From assembly GCA_038065415.1 (NCBI GenBank), contig JBBTRA010000007.1, forward strand, positions 34,615-98,614: a stretch of DNA of 64,000 bases, written 5' to 3'. Positions within the stretch are counted from its first letter, which is position 1, and each line of letters starts with the position of its first letter. A model generated the notes under the pieces. That model saw only the letters and a program-made list of their open reading frames with translations. It was not told where the DNA came from and did not search any database. A program made the translations under genes and the position numbers. This DNA is from Patescibacteria group bacterium. Its GTDB lineage: Bacteria > Patescibacteriota > Minisyncoccia > Phycocordibacterales > PALSA-1337. Below, piece after piece: positions 47,716 through 57,741 of this stretch.

Positions 47716-48897
47716 TTAGTTGATCAGCATCACATCCTGGGGATTTATCTGACTGTTCTTTCTGTATTCAAGATCCTTTACGACCAAATCTGCTTTTTTG
47801 AGCAAAGCATCCTTCTTTTCTGCATCTGTTATTTTTGGTATTGCTTCGTCGATCATTTTTTTCACTGCGGCGAGCTGTGTAGCAGGATCGCCGGGGAATG
47901 AATTTTCCTGCAATACCAAAGAGCCGTATATCGGATAGTATATGTTATTAATATCTTGGATCTTATCCGCAGGGCTGCCAAATTCTTCGAGCTTCTTCAG
48001 GGCTGATGCGTATGTCTTTGCTGCTGCACTTTTGGCTCCACGGACAGTTGGCAGGTCGTTTGTGGTGGCGTTGCTCGTCTCACCGAGGTCTCTATTGATT
48101 GCCTGCATGGCCGTTATGATTGCCTCAGCTGACTTTTGGACCTGAACGGCCTTGGTGTCATTGAGCTGGTTATCGATGTTAGCAATCTCCCCTTCCAGGC
48201 GCGCGACAGCCTCTGTATCCCCGTTTCTGCGTGCGGCATCAAGGTCATACTGTACTGTCGCCCTTCGTTGAGTGAGTTGGGCAACAGTCGCTTTTGCGGC
48301 TTCGCGTTCAACTATGAGTTGTTGAGTCTGGACTTTATAGGCGTCTGCTTCTGCTGCAAGCTGGGTGAAGAATTCAGATACAGCCTTCTTGTCATATTTG
48401 AGCTCGAGTGGCGTCACTAGGGTGCTCGGTATGGCAACAAGTCTCGGATCTATTGTTCTCAATATGAGGTATGAACACAATACCAGGAGTAAGCCTTGCA
48501 ACGCTTTGATTATTGTTTCCTTCCCTTCATTCTTGCCGGTGAATGAATCACTGCTTGTGTATTTGAATCCACCCCACACAATCATGAACACGGCCGCAGC
48601 TGCAGACAGTGCTATCAACAGATTGAATACATATTGAACATATGTCTTGAAATCTACATCTTCCTGGGTTGCTCCGGAACACGCAACTTCAGTTCCGGGG
48701 ATTGCATTGCCGTTGGCATCCTTTGCTGCAGGACTTGGAATACATGGTAATGGTTCGAGCAGAGTGTAGCGCACCTCTTCGTCAGTGGTTTGTGCCTGCG
48801 ATAGTGTGGGAGCTATCAGGGCCACGCTCGAAAGCAGCAAGAAGAGTGCTAGAGACATTCTCGCACGGTAACCTATTTTTTTTGATGAAAATTTCAT
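47716..48897 (-). CDS. Pilin-like (TrbC/VirB2-type) membrane domain fused to coiled coil
   Basis: YTLLEPLP, AVFMIVWGGFKY, GLLLVLCSYLILRTIDP hairpin TMs. Confidence 0.65.
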   Translation of the reverse strand: MKFSSKKIGYRARMSLALFLLLSSVALIAPTLSQAQTTDEEVRYTLLEPLPCIPSPAAKDANGNAIPGTEVACSGATQEDVDFKTYVQYVFNLLIALSAAAAVFMIVWGGFKYTSSDSFTGKNEGKETIIKALQGLLLVLCSYLILRTIDPRLVAIPSTLVTPLELKYDKKAVSEFFTQLAAEADAYKVQTQQLIVEREAAKATVAQLTQRRATVQYDLDAARRNGDTEAVARLEGEIANIDNQLNDTKAVQVQKSAEAIITAMQAINRDLGETSNATTNDLPTVRGAKSAAAKTYASALKKLEEFGSPADKIQDINNIYYPIYGSLVLQENSFPGDPATQLAAVKKMIDEAIPKITDAEKKDALLKKADLVVKDLEYRKNSQINPQDVMLIN

Positions 48898-48906
48898 ATG
48901 TAGGTG

Positions 48907-49941
48907 TTAGAAAGCGGGTTCTTCAAGTGATGAGGATTTTTCCTGACTGAAGGCTGCAGAGAATCCCCCACTGGCTCCCTGCAGTATTTTAGCAGCATTC
49001 TTGATGCCCAGGGTTATACTCGATGAACCTGCGGAACCTTCGGGTGCGCGCAATACGACAGATTGATTGGATGAAAGCTCATCACGCCTGATACCGTTGA
49101 TTACCCACGAAAATGCGAGACTCCCGATACTGGAGATGGGCCTGTTAAATCCGTATGGAACAGCAAGCACACTAGTCTCTTTTTCTGAGCCGATATTCAC
49201 CACGGCTCCAATCATCTTGTTGAAAAGTGGGCCATAGAGCGGGTCGTCGATATAGAATCCAACTGTAGGGCTTTCCATGGTGACATATGCGATACCCTGT
49301 GCCCGTGCACTGTTGTCGCGAGGCCAGACACTTACAGATACGGTGTACGGGCGAGGAACAATGTCTCCGAGTATCGAGACAGATTGCTTACCGTACCCCG
49401 ATTGTTCCTCGATCACGCGTTCGTTCTTCTTCCACTGGTATATGAGTGTTTTAGGGTCGTACTCTACACCATCGGCGTCGGCCAGGTGTGGAACAGCGAT
49501 GACCTTCACGGTATTCTGGTATACCGTACCAAGCTTGCCTCTGAAGAAAGTCGGCGCATATCCGTCGGTCTCCGTAATCATATCCACAGATCCCGAGCCG
49601 ATAGTCACAGAAGCAGTTACGGTCCTTCCTTCGGTTGTTGCAGCGCTTACTGTCACGACAAACTTCTTTCCGAGAACAGGTGCTATGATTTCGAGTGTCG
49701 TGAGACCGATACCACTCTGGACCTGTTTTCCGTTGACTGACCAAGAAACTACAGAGGTGTTGATATCTATAGTGTAGCTACGGGCTCTCAAGATGACCGT
49801 TTGACCAGGAGCCGGATTCTCGTTGGATACAGATACATCAAGCCCGCCAACAGTGATAGGAACCTGCGCGCAAGCGGCAGATGCAGAAAGAAACATTGAA
49901 AATATGAGAAAGAGAAAATAACGAGATTTCATCTGTATCAT
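48907..49941 (-). CDS. Secreted Ig-like repeat protein
   Basis: Signal peptide; WSVNG / YQWKKN / SWVING repeats. Confidence 0.75.
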   Translation of the reverse strand: MIQMKSRYFLFLIFSMFLSASAACAQVPITVGGLDVSVSNENPAPGQTVILRARSYTIDINTSVVSWSVNGKQVQSGIGLTTLEIIAPVLGKKFVVTVSAATTEGRTVTASVTIGSGSVDMITETDGYAPTFFRGKLGTVYQNTVKVIAVPHLADADGVEYDPKTLIYQWKKNERVIEEQSGYGKQSVSILGDIVPRPYTVSVSVWPRDNSARAQGIAYVTMESPTVGFYIDDPLYGPLFNKMIGAVVNIGSEKETSVLAVPYGFNRPISSIGSLAFSWVINGIRRDELSSNQSVVLRAPEGSAGSSSITLGIKNAAKILQGASGGFSAAFSQEKSSSLEEPAF

Positions 49942-49955
49942 TTTACCACATGAGC

Positions 49956-50429
49956 CTATTTCACCAATCCCCCGCTTGGAGGTCGTACACCTCCTTTGTT
50001 AACACGCAATGCGGCTGTAGCGGAGCTACCTGCTGGTTGACGTACACCGCCCACATTTCGTGGTGATCGTATGCTGTTCGAGAGGAGAGATTTCTGCTGC
50101 TGCTGCGCTTGGATCTGAGCCTCTTCTTTTTTGACGTCGTTATATATATACCAAACATCGAACGTCCAGAAAGGGGCTATTCCCCCGGTGACTGCATCAC
50201 CCAAGGCAAAAGCCATGAGAGATATGAGACGTGTTGGCTTGTTGAATATCGGTATTCGGAAGAGTAGGAGGAGCCCGAGCAATACAGGACCTGTGATGAG
50301 CTCGAGCAACTCGCTTATGATGACGCCTACACCGGTGAAAGTGATCAAGATCTGCACGATATCGACGACTCCAGCTACGATATAGAGGATGGCCCACTGA
50401 ATCGTCTTTTTCTTGGGCTTTTTGTCCAT
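49956..50429 (-). CDS. Membrane protein
   Basis: 3-4 TMs, PFWT motif, GGVRQP/GGVRPP tail; TGcTATAAT leaderless start. Confidence 0.7.
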   Translation of the reverse strand: MDKKPKKKTIQWAILYIVAGVVDIVQILITFTGVGVIISELLELITGPVLLGLLLLFRIPIFNKPTRLISLMAFALGDAVTGGIAPFWTFDVWYIYNDVKKEEAQIQAQQQQKSLLSNSIRSPRNVGGVRQPAGSSATAALRVNKGGVRPPSGGLVK

Positions 50430-50445
50430 GCGTCAATTATAGCAG

Positions 50446-50565
50446 AATCGCCCGGCAGGTATGCACCTGTATTTTCTCGATATCTCGCAGAACGATACAC
50501 TATTTTTTAGTGTAGACACGCAACGAGATATCGAGAAAATACAGGTGCATACCTGCCGGGCGATT
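50446..50565. repeat. Long palindrome B: 42-bp perfect arms around a 36-nt core
   Basis: Arms 50446-50487 and 50524-50565 are exact reverse complements. Confidence 0.95.
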
Positions 50566-50571
50566 GGATCT

Positions 50572-52386
50572 TTATCCGGCTTGTTCCAGATCCTTCTTGG
50601 CCTGCTTGATACTCATGACCTGTGCCGGGTTGGTGGTAATGATCTGATCTTCGGTGTATGAGGCGACTATCTTGATGGCTACGTGCTTGAGTCCCACGAA
50701 GAATATACCCTCTCCTACATCTGATTCGAGCAAGAGATACTTCTCTTCGTCGGTGAGGTTGAACGTCTTTTGGATATGATCGATGACCGTCGGAGACTGC
50801 TTGAGCAGTATCTGAATGGAAGAGTTGGTAACGATCGGCAATCCGTACGGAGAGTTCAAGAAGTCATCCACATCCTGGGTGATAGTGGCAAGTCCGAGGA
50901 AGTATTTGCGACCACGCTTGGCCAAACTGAACAAGAATGAGGCAGTATCCTCTGATTTCATCATCCACCACGCTTCGTCAATGACGAGTAAGCGTTTCTT
51001 GAGATTCTTGCGGATAGCATTCCATATATAGTGTGTGACGATATACATGGCGACTGGTTTGAGCTCGTCTTCCATGTCGCGGAGTGAGAAAACAGCGAAC
51101 TTCTTATTGATATCTACGTTAGAAGGCCTGTTGATGAAGCCGGACCATGTTCCCTTGGTGTACTTGGAGAGCCTCTGAACAAGAGAGTCCCCTCCTTCCA
51201 TTCCAGCCAAGACAAGTTCGAAGTCAGACAGAAGTGGTGGCTCTACAGTACGGAAGTCTGCTTCAGGAGTGATGTCTTTGAGGGCGTACGTTTCGGTGAT
51301 AGCGCGATCGATGATCGCATCTTCTTCCTGGGTCAAACCACCAAGCATGATGCGGAAGAGTCCCACCAGGTTGATGATGTTGGAGCGGAGAACATCAGCG
51401 GCTGACTCGTCCTCGCGCGGTATCGGGAGATCAAATGGATTGATATGGTGCTCTGAATTGAGAGAGATGTTGAAGTACTTCCCTCCGGTTGCTTCGGCCA
51501 TGTACTCATATTCTTTTTCAGGGTCAATGACGATAACATCGGTATCGAACATGAGCGTACGCAGGATCTCAAGTTTGGTATTGTATGATTTTCCAGCTCC
51601 AGCAACGGCGAATGTTACGGAATTGTAGTTCTCGAGAGAGAATCTGTCGAAAAGGACGAGCGACGAGTTATGTCGATTGATGCCGTAGAGTATTCCTTTG
51701 TCGGAAGTAAGATCGAAGGAAACGAACGGGAACAGCGAAGACAGTGGGGATGAGTTGAGTTTGGAATGCACAGCGAGCTGGTCATCAGCTATAGGAATGA
51801 CCGATTTGAAGCCCTGTTCTTGCTGGAAGAGTGCCGGCTTTACATAGATGAGCTTTGATTCGAGGATGGATTTGATCTCAGATTCGAGCTTGTCGAGCTC
51901 CCCTTCGTTGTCTGCGAAGAGGGTGATGTAGACGCCAACATCAAAAAGATGCTCCTGTGCCTGCATGAGCTGGTCTCTGAGCTGTTCGAGGTCCTGGTAC
52001 GCTGTGTCGAGCGCCGGATCGCGGACGAGACCCTTCTCTTCCCTGTGTGAAATCTGGCTCTGTACCTCAGCAACCTTCTTCTGGAAATGTCTCAAGATCT
52101 TGGCTGTATCGACTGGGTGTATGAATATAGAGATGTTGAATATCTTGTCGAGGTTGATGATCGGGGCGAACCAGCTTTCATCGAGGAAGCGTGGGTATGA
52201 GATGACGAAGAGTGTACGGCCAACTTTTTCGCCTAGGTTGAGATCCTTTGGGCTGATCTTGAGTGCCGATGGTGATATGACATCCTTGAGCTCCAGCACG
52301 CCGGCCTGGTATATCTCTTCGGGTAGGATGGAGACGATCGGAGATTGCTCGTCTTTTTTCCCGAATAGTTTTCCGATGAATGACAT
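50572..52386 (-). CDS. VirB4/TraE-like T4SS ATPase
   Basis: Walker A AVAGAGKS, IDPEKEY, INPFD, Walker B LVIDEAW, KRGRKY, ITQDV.DF. Confidence 0.9.
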   Translation of the reverse strand: MSFIGKLFGKKDEQSPIVSILPEEIYQAGVLELKDVISPSALKISPKDLNLGEKVGRTLFVISYPRFLDESWFAPIINLDKIFNISIFIHPVDTAKILRHFQKKVAEVQSQISHREEKGLVRDPALDTAYQDLEQLRDQLMQAQEHLFDVGVYITLFADNEGELDKLESEIKSILESKLIYVKPALFQQEQGFKSVIPIADDQLAVHSKLNSSPLSSLFPFVSFDLTSDKGILYGINRHNSSLVLFDRFSLENYNSVTFAVAGAGKSYNTKLEILRTLMFDTDVIVIDPEKEYEYMAEATGGKYFNISLNSEHHINPFDLPIPREDESAADVLRSNIINLVGLFRIMLGGLTQEEDAIIDRAITETYALKDITPEADFRTVEPPLLSDFELVLAGMEGGDSLVQRLSKYTKGTWSGFINRPSNVDINKKFAVFSLRDMEDELKPVAMYIVTHYIWNAIRKNLKKRLLVIDEAWWMMKSEDTASFLFSLAKRGRKYFLGLATITQDVDDFLNSPYGLPIVTNSSIQILLKQSPTVIDHIQKTFNLTDEEKYLLLESDVGEGIFFVGLKHVAIKIVASYTEDQIITTNPAQVMSIKQAKKDLEQAG

Positions 52387-52394
52387 AGTTCTTT

Positions 52395-53036
52395 TTATGT
52401 TATCTGGATAGGCTTCTCTGTCTCCCCTGGATTGAAGAGCTTGTAGAACAATTCTACCACCTCCTCTGTGCCGAGCTCTGCCGCCCTGATGCCGCAACGC
52501 ACGAGACCTTGCTCTACTACTGCTACGCGCTGTTCGAGTTGACTACGGTATTCTTGGAATTGCGCGTCAGCATTCATTTGAGCATTCTTTGCAGAATTCT
52601 TGCCGGGGAACATGCTTGCGAGCGGATTCTTGCTCGAGCTCATGATCGGTGGCTCATATGGTATGACGACGAAGAAGCTCTTGGACATGATATTGGTGCT
52701 CTCGACGAAGGTTTTGATGAATTCTATATACTCGCGAACCTGTATTTTCATGAGTTCAGTTAGCTGTTCTTTGTAGCGATCCTCTAGGAGGGCTATATAG
52801 GGTCTTATATCGAGCTTCTTTGACTGGACGAATATTTGAATGGAAAAATCTAGAGAATTTACGAAATTCTGGAATTGCATGAGGATGGAACTCTGCTCAT
52901 CTTGCGACTTGAGAGCGAAGTTGAGAGACGAAGCGAGTACGACCGCGCGCATGCCACCGTTCTTGAGGATGATGACGCCGTCGCGTATCTCCTGTATTGG
53001 TATGAAATCCTGTGTTGTTGATTGTTTTGGAGCCAT
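52395..53036 (-). CDS. VirB4-associated (TraC/TrsD-like) protein
   Basis: STQDFIPIQEIRDG, NFALKSQDEQ, NSLDF.IQI; between prgI and virB4. Confidence 0.75.
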   Translation of the reverse strand: MAPKQSTTQDFIPIQEIRDGVIILKNGGMRAVVLASSLNFALKSQDEQSSILMQFQNFVNSLDFSIQIFVQSKKLDIRPYIALLEDRYKEQLTELMKIQVREYIEFIKTFVESTNIMSKSFFVVIPYEPPIMSSSKNPLASMFPGKNSAKNAQMNADAQFQEYRSQLEQRVAVVEQGLVRCGIRAAELGTEEVVELFYKLFNPGETEKPIQIT

Positions 53037-53041
53037 TGCTG

Positions 53042-53467
53042 TTATTTTTGATTGCGGTTGGAATACATGCTTTCTTTGATATCAAGGCTCCAGCTCAAGT
53101 CCTTGAGCTTGCTATCAGATATCTTGGGGACCATGATGGAGGCATAATTTTGAATGTCCTCTTTTGCTGCCTGGGCTTTTTTGTCCTCCTTCTTCCATAT
53201 ATAGAGCTTGCCGCCGAGATAATATTTGAAAGCTGCTTCGATGACGTTGACGAAAGATTTGTTGTTGACCTTGTAAAAAGCAAATGCTGCCGATATTCCC
53301 ATGATGAGGATAATCGGCACGATAGCGAGCGTGAAGCTCTTGAGTACTACATATGCCAAGAATGAGAGGCCTCCCCCGCCCGCGAGATATATGAACTGCT
53401 TCAAGGTGAGCGGTCCGAATATCTTATCTTCTACCTCGATGAATTGGGGTACTTGGAAGCGCATCAC
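53042..53467 (-). CDS. PrgI-family (VirB3-like) protein
   Basis: FQVPQFIEVEDKIFGPLTLKQF, two TMs. Confidence 0.88.
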   Translation of the reverse strand: MMRFQVPQFIEVEDKIFGPLTLKQFIYLAGGGGLSFLAYVVLKSFTLAIVPIILIMGISAAFAFYKVNNKSFVNVIEAAFKYYLGGKLYIWKKEDKKAQAAKEDIQNYASIMVPKISDSKLKDLSWSLDIKESMYSNRNQK

Positions 53468-53583
53468 TCTTTATTATAGCGGCAAGCGAGGGTGTGTAGC
53501 AACTCGTTGATACGACACCTGAGCGCCGCTGTTATATGAGCGAGGCGAATATAGCGTCTTTGCATGGTATCCACCAAGCATTT

Positions 53584-54303
53584 CTACTTGATCAGCTCTC
53601 GGTATGGATCATTTCCCTGTTTTTTGGGTGCTACGGGTGGTGTTGGTGTTTGTTTTGGTGCTTCTGTTGGAAGATTTGGTGGCACTTGCCCCGTATGTAT
53701 GGGAGATTGAGCCGCTACTTTTTCCTCGGTCATTCCTGCGGGGTTGCTCAGAAGGCGGTCGACGAGAGGTTCAGTGTGGTTCTCAAATGCAGCAGACTTG
53801 GTAGAAGGGGTTGTTCGAGGATTCTCGAGGTTATCCAGGATCTGGTCGCGGTCAGCAGAAGTCACTTCTTTGCCAAAATTTTGCTTTGGCGTCTCCTGTT
53901 CTATATCAAAACCACCAACACGCTCGATATTTTCGACTGCTGCAGAGTGATCTTGTTCAGCTTCATCCCGCTGAGAGCTCAGTTCAACTTCTGACTTTCT
54001 CAAGTAATCCCTGATGGAATCGAATATTTCGTGGTTTACATCAGTGGCCAATGCTTGAGCTACTTTGGATGGTATGCCCAGGCGTTCGGTGGCGTGTGAG
54101 ACGAAATCGGACGATCGTACGAGACCGAGCAGTATGAGCCCAATCTCATCGACGAGTTCACCGAGCTGATCTATGAGGAGGCCATGCTTCTTCCCCACGG
54201 CCATGATCTTGTCATGTATCTCTGGGGACGTCACTGCCGCCTGAAGCTCAGGAGAGAGCCTTTCAAACTGTTCTTTGAGTTGTTCTGAAGTGAATTGCCT
54301 CAT
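53584..54303 (-). CDS. Hypothetical cytoplasmic protein
   Basis: Helical N-terminus, disordered tail ending DPYRE. Confidence 0.75.
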   Translation of the reverse strand: MRQFTSEQLKEQFERLSPELQAAVTSPEIHDKIMAVGKKHGLLIDQLGELVDEIGLILLGLVRSSDFVSHATERLGIPSKVAQALATDVNHEIFDSIRDYLRKSEVELSSQRDEAEQDHSAAVENIERVGGFDIEQETPKQNFGKEVTSADRDQILDNLENPRTTPSTKSAAFENHTEPLVDRLLSNPAGMTEEKVAAQSPIHTGQVPPNLPTEAPKQTPTPPVAPKKQGNDPYRELIK

Positions 54304-56147
54304 GCTTTTGGTTTGTCGTCTTTAGGCTTTGCATCATCTTTTGAATCATCTTTCCCTTCCTCGGCGAGTGCACTTGCAAGTGCTTTCACATCTTTAGCCT
54401 TCTTTTTGCCAGATGCTCTGCCTATGGCTGCTCCCAAATCCTTAACCTTTCTTCTCAATTGATCCAGCTCAACCTTTTCCGCATTGGTGAATGTGTCGCC
54501 ACCTTCCTTCTCCCTCTTCTCAAGATATTTGAAGTTAGGTGATTCTTCTATATCCTGTTTTGCTTTTTTATTCTGCTCAAGCTCAGCTTCATCTTTCAAG
54601 CTGAATGCGGTCTCTACATTTGCCCTATCTTTCATCATGAGAGTGAGTACAGACCTGTCATTAAGGGTTGACCTGAACTTACCTTGATATCCCTTTGCCC
54701 GTCCCTTTGCCAGTTCTCTTTCAAGCTCAGTTTTATAGGCAGCATCATTAACGGATCCAAGGCGTTTATTAAGTGCATCTACATCCTTCTTCCTTTGCTT
54801 CAACGTAGCATCATAACTTCCTTTCTTGTCACCAAAACCGGCAGAACTGATGTTGGATAGTCCCTTCGAAACAGCAAGACCTAGGTTTGGATTGCGCGAA
54901 TAGAATGCACGAGCACCATCGCTATCATTGATCCTGCTTGCGGCCATGCCCAGCGTATTCCTGCCTGTCCATCCACCCACCTTCTTCCATAGTGCATCAG
55001 CTCCCAGCTTACTTCCGTCGAGCAAACCTCCCGTCTTGGCGCCGAGCTTGATGGCGACTAGGAGTGGTAGGTTGAGCATGACTATCACAAAGACGGCGTT
55101 GATCGCGAATGATACGAACTCAGTCGGTACAAGCGTTCCCGCATCGGTTCCCTGCCACAAGTTGCCGTAAGCTCCGCTTTTGAAGATGGTGCTCTTGGTG
55201 AGTATCAAGAGCGCTGCATACATGAGGAGCAGATATGCAGGCATGAATACAAGCTGTCCGGTGAATGTTTTGACCCATTCATTCGAGTATTCTTTGAGTT
55301 GAGGTATCACTGCCGCGGCGCACCAGACGGGCGAGAATGCGAGCAAGAATAGGAGTATAACCAGACGCACAACGAATGCGAGTGCTGCAAACAAGAAGCT
55401 TAGCCCTGTAGTTATCATAATGACTGCACCGGTCCAACCAATCAGGATGATCTTGAAAGGCGCCGATACCCCTCCCGTTGCGTCTGAGGATTGGAGGTTT
55501 TTCGGGTCGAATGCGCTCTGTATCTGGAGCGATTGCATGAATATCGCTGACAGACCTCCGTCATTGAAGAGAGTGTTCACGATCTGAGGCAACGCCCCTG
55601 CTCCAGCTGCACCGCTACCACTTCCGCTTTGCTGGATGATCTGGCCGATGTCCGGCTGTCCTGGGGTGATCGCTTTGTAGAGCTGGAGAGATACGATATT
55701 CGAAGCATCTATCAAGAGTCCGGTGAAGAAAAAGCTGAAATTGATGAGTACGCCGGCGACGACTACGTTCTTGATAACACCTCCAAGTTTGGCATCTTGC
55801 CCCAGAATCATGCGGATGGCCGCATAGAGCAGGGTGAAGATGATGAATAGGCCTGAAATATCTCGGATAGTGCGCCACACCTCATAGATAGCAGGTGTAC
55901 TGTCCACGAAATCCCTGATGTGCATGGTCAGGTTGATTGAGACGTTGAGGAGTGTACCGGTGAGTGCGACGAACCAGGAAGTTATCGAGAGCATCACATT
56001 CACGAGCAGAGCTACGCCTTCAGATATAAAATCCCAGAAGAGATTGTATCCAAACAATCCTTCTGCGTGCACCACGTGTCCGGAAAAGCCCACCACCGCG
56101 GCGATGAGTATGAGGCAGGCTGATATGTGACGTAGTGAAAGTCTCAT
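54300..56147 (-). CDS. VirB6/TrbL-like polytopic membrane protein
   Basis: W...RD, LINFS.F....ID.SN, RLVILLFLLAFSP, many TMs and charged tail. Confidence 0.75.
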   Translation of the reverse strand: MRLSLRHISACLILIAAVVGFSGHVVHAEGLFGYNLFWDFISEGVALLVNVMLSITSWFVALTGTLLNVSINLTMHIRDFVDSTPAIYEVWRTIRDISGLFIIFTLLYAAIRMILGQDAKLGGVIKNVVVAGVLINFSFFFTGLLIDASNIVSLQLYKAITPGQPDIGQIIQQSGSGSGAAGAGALPQIVNTLFNDGGLSAIFMQSLQIQSAFDPKNLQSSDATGGVSAPFKIILIGWTGAVIMITTGLSFLFAALAFVVRLVILLFLLAFSPVWCAAAVIPQLKEYSNEWVKTFTGQLVFMPAYLLLMYAALLILTKSTIFKSGAYGNLWQGTDAGTLVPTEFVSFAINAVFVIVMLNLPLLVAIKLGAKTGGLLDGSKLGADALWKKVGGWTGRNTLGMAASRINDSDGARAFYSRNPNLGLAVSKGLSNISSAGFGDKKGSYDATLKQRKKDVDALNKRLGSVNDAAYKTELERELAKGRAKGYQGKFRSTLNDRSVLTLMMKDRANVETAFSLKDEAELEQNKKAKQDIEESPNFKYLEKREKEGGDTFTNAEKVELDQLRRKVKDLGAAIGRASGKKKAKDVKALASALAEEGKDDSKDDAKPKDDKPKA

Positions 56148-56153
56148 TATGTG

Positions 56154-57740
56154 TTAGCGCTGTCGTCCACTTGTTGGGGTATTACCAGGGAATCCTGCGC
56201 AATTGTTCTGATACTGCAGAGCTTCCGCATTGAATGCCGTCGCTTTTGTTTGGGCATCTCTGAGCTGGCTCTGTGCGAAACTGATACCAGCTACTGCGCT
56301 CGCCTTGGCATTGATGGCGATTTGCACGCTGGCCTGGTAGCCAGGAAGTTGTGACTGGATGTCTCCCGATGAGGCTATTTGGGCCCTCGTGTTCTGTATG
56401 ACTGCGATCTGGTTGGATGTACTTGCCTGCTTCAAGGTAAGGTCAGCAAGGAGTGGATCTACTTTGCTGGTAAGTGCAGTGTCTATGGCCGGGATCCACG
56501 AATTTTGGGCATACGTGCGTGCGGATGATGAATATTGTGTGTCGCTTACTTTGCTCAGAATGCACGATTTTGCAGTGAGATATCGGTTCTTGCTGTCGGT
56601 GACTGCGGCTATTGCCTGATCGTAGTATGACTTGTAGTCATTGAGCGCTGCAATCGCTGGGTCGAACACGCTCGAGAGCTGGGAGTTGGTACTCTGGGTG
56701 TCGGCCGCTTTCTGTGCATTGAGATCTGTGATGAGCTGGCTCGTATATGCAGTCCTGCCGCCGGAGCTTCCCCTGCTGAGTCCACTCAATCCCCCGCCGA
56801 TAACCTGGTTGATCATTTGTGAAATGAGCGCATTGACGACAGAGTTGATATCGTCTGCGAGCTCGAGTTCGGTGGCTGGAACGTCCAACTGTTTCTGGAG
56901 CATATTGGAAATGACGGATCCAGGAGTGTCGGTGGTACAGGTTTGGTATGTCACAGTTCCGTCATTATTCTGTTTCCTGTTCATGTCGCGGGAATTGCCG
57001 ACAATACTCTCGGCCTGCTCGACCTCGAACTCATTTTCTGGGTCGATGGTACCGCCAGGTATGTCAGTACAATTACGTCGAGACAAGAACCCTTTGCCAC
57101 GATCAAGATCACGATTGACCTGATTCTCGCGGGTGTCTATGCGTCCGAGAAGTTCGCTATGTGCTTGAAGGTATGACCCGTATACATTGTTCTGGGGCAC
57201 GGTCGTCATAGATACGAATGCCGGCCAACCTCCTTGGCGGAAATCCCCTCCCGTGAAACCTTCGATGGTGCCGTTCGCATTGCCTATTATCTTCCCCAGC
57301 GTACAGGTATACCTACTGGTAGCCGACTGTGTCTGATTGAGAGCGAGTCCGAGGCGGATATCGATACTGAATGGAGAACAGAGTCTTGATAGTGCACCCT
57401 CGCGTGAGAGGAAGTCACCGGTCACCTGGTCGGCAGCATCGAGGAAGAATCCCTCTGGATTGGTGATGAAGGTCGGACTACCCTGGAATCCGGTGTTGAT
57501 CCAATTGACCACGCTCACGGTCATCTGATGGAGGATCTGCTTGGCGATCAGTGTTGCAGCCTTGTCGAGCACGAAATCCTTCATGTGCGCCATGATGTTG
57601 TTGAAGTCGAAATCAGTGCCGATCGGGACATTGGTTGCCGCACCCTGTGCCTGAGCGATTTTCACAGGTGATGCGATGATCGAGCTCACCACGAATGTGA
57701 TCGCTGTAAAAGTGAGAATTATTTTGAAGGTAGTTTTCAT
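56154..57740 (-). CDS. Secreted helical protein of the T4SS-like cluster
   Basis: Signal peptide, WINTGFQGSP.F..NP, LCSPF, GGW, G.GFLS, TPGS. Confidence 0.75.
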   Translation of the reverse strand: MKTTFKIILTFTAITFVVSSIIASPVKIAQAQGAATNVPIGTDFDFNNIMAHMKDFVLDKAATLIAKQILHQMTVSVVNWINTGFQGSPTFITNPEGFFLDAADQVTGDFLSREGALSRLCSPFSIDIRLGLALNQTQSATSRYTCTLGKIIGNANGTIEGFTGGDFRQGGWPAFVSMTTVPQNNVYGSYLQAHSELLGRIDTRENQVNRDLDRGKGFLSRRNCTDIPGGTIDPENEFEVEQAESIVGNSRDMNRKQNNDGTVTYQTCTTDTPGSVISNMLQKQLDVPATELELADDINSVVNALISQMINQVIGGGLSGLSRGSSGGRTAYTSQLITDLNAQKAADTQSTNSQLSSVFDPAIAALNDYKSYYDQAIAAVTDSKNRYLTAKSCILSKVSDTQYSSSARTYAQNSWIPAIDTALTSKVDPLLADLTLKQASTSNQIAVIQNTRAQIASSGDIQSQLPGYQASVQIAINAKASAVAGISFAQSQLRDAQTKATAFNAEALQYQNNCAGFPGNTPTSGRQR

Positions 57741-57741
57741 A

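Noticed and set aside
46298-50565. 36-nt cores as CRISPR repeats
   Set aside because: Only two diverged copies 4 kb apart in opposite orientation, with no spacers or cas genes.
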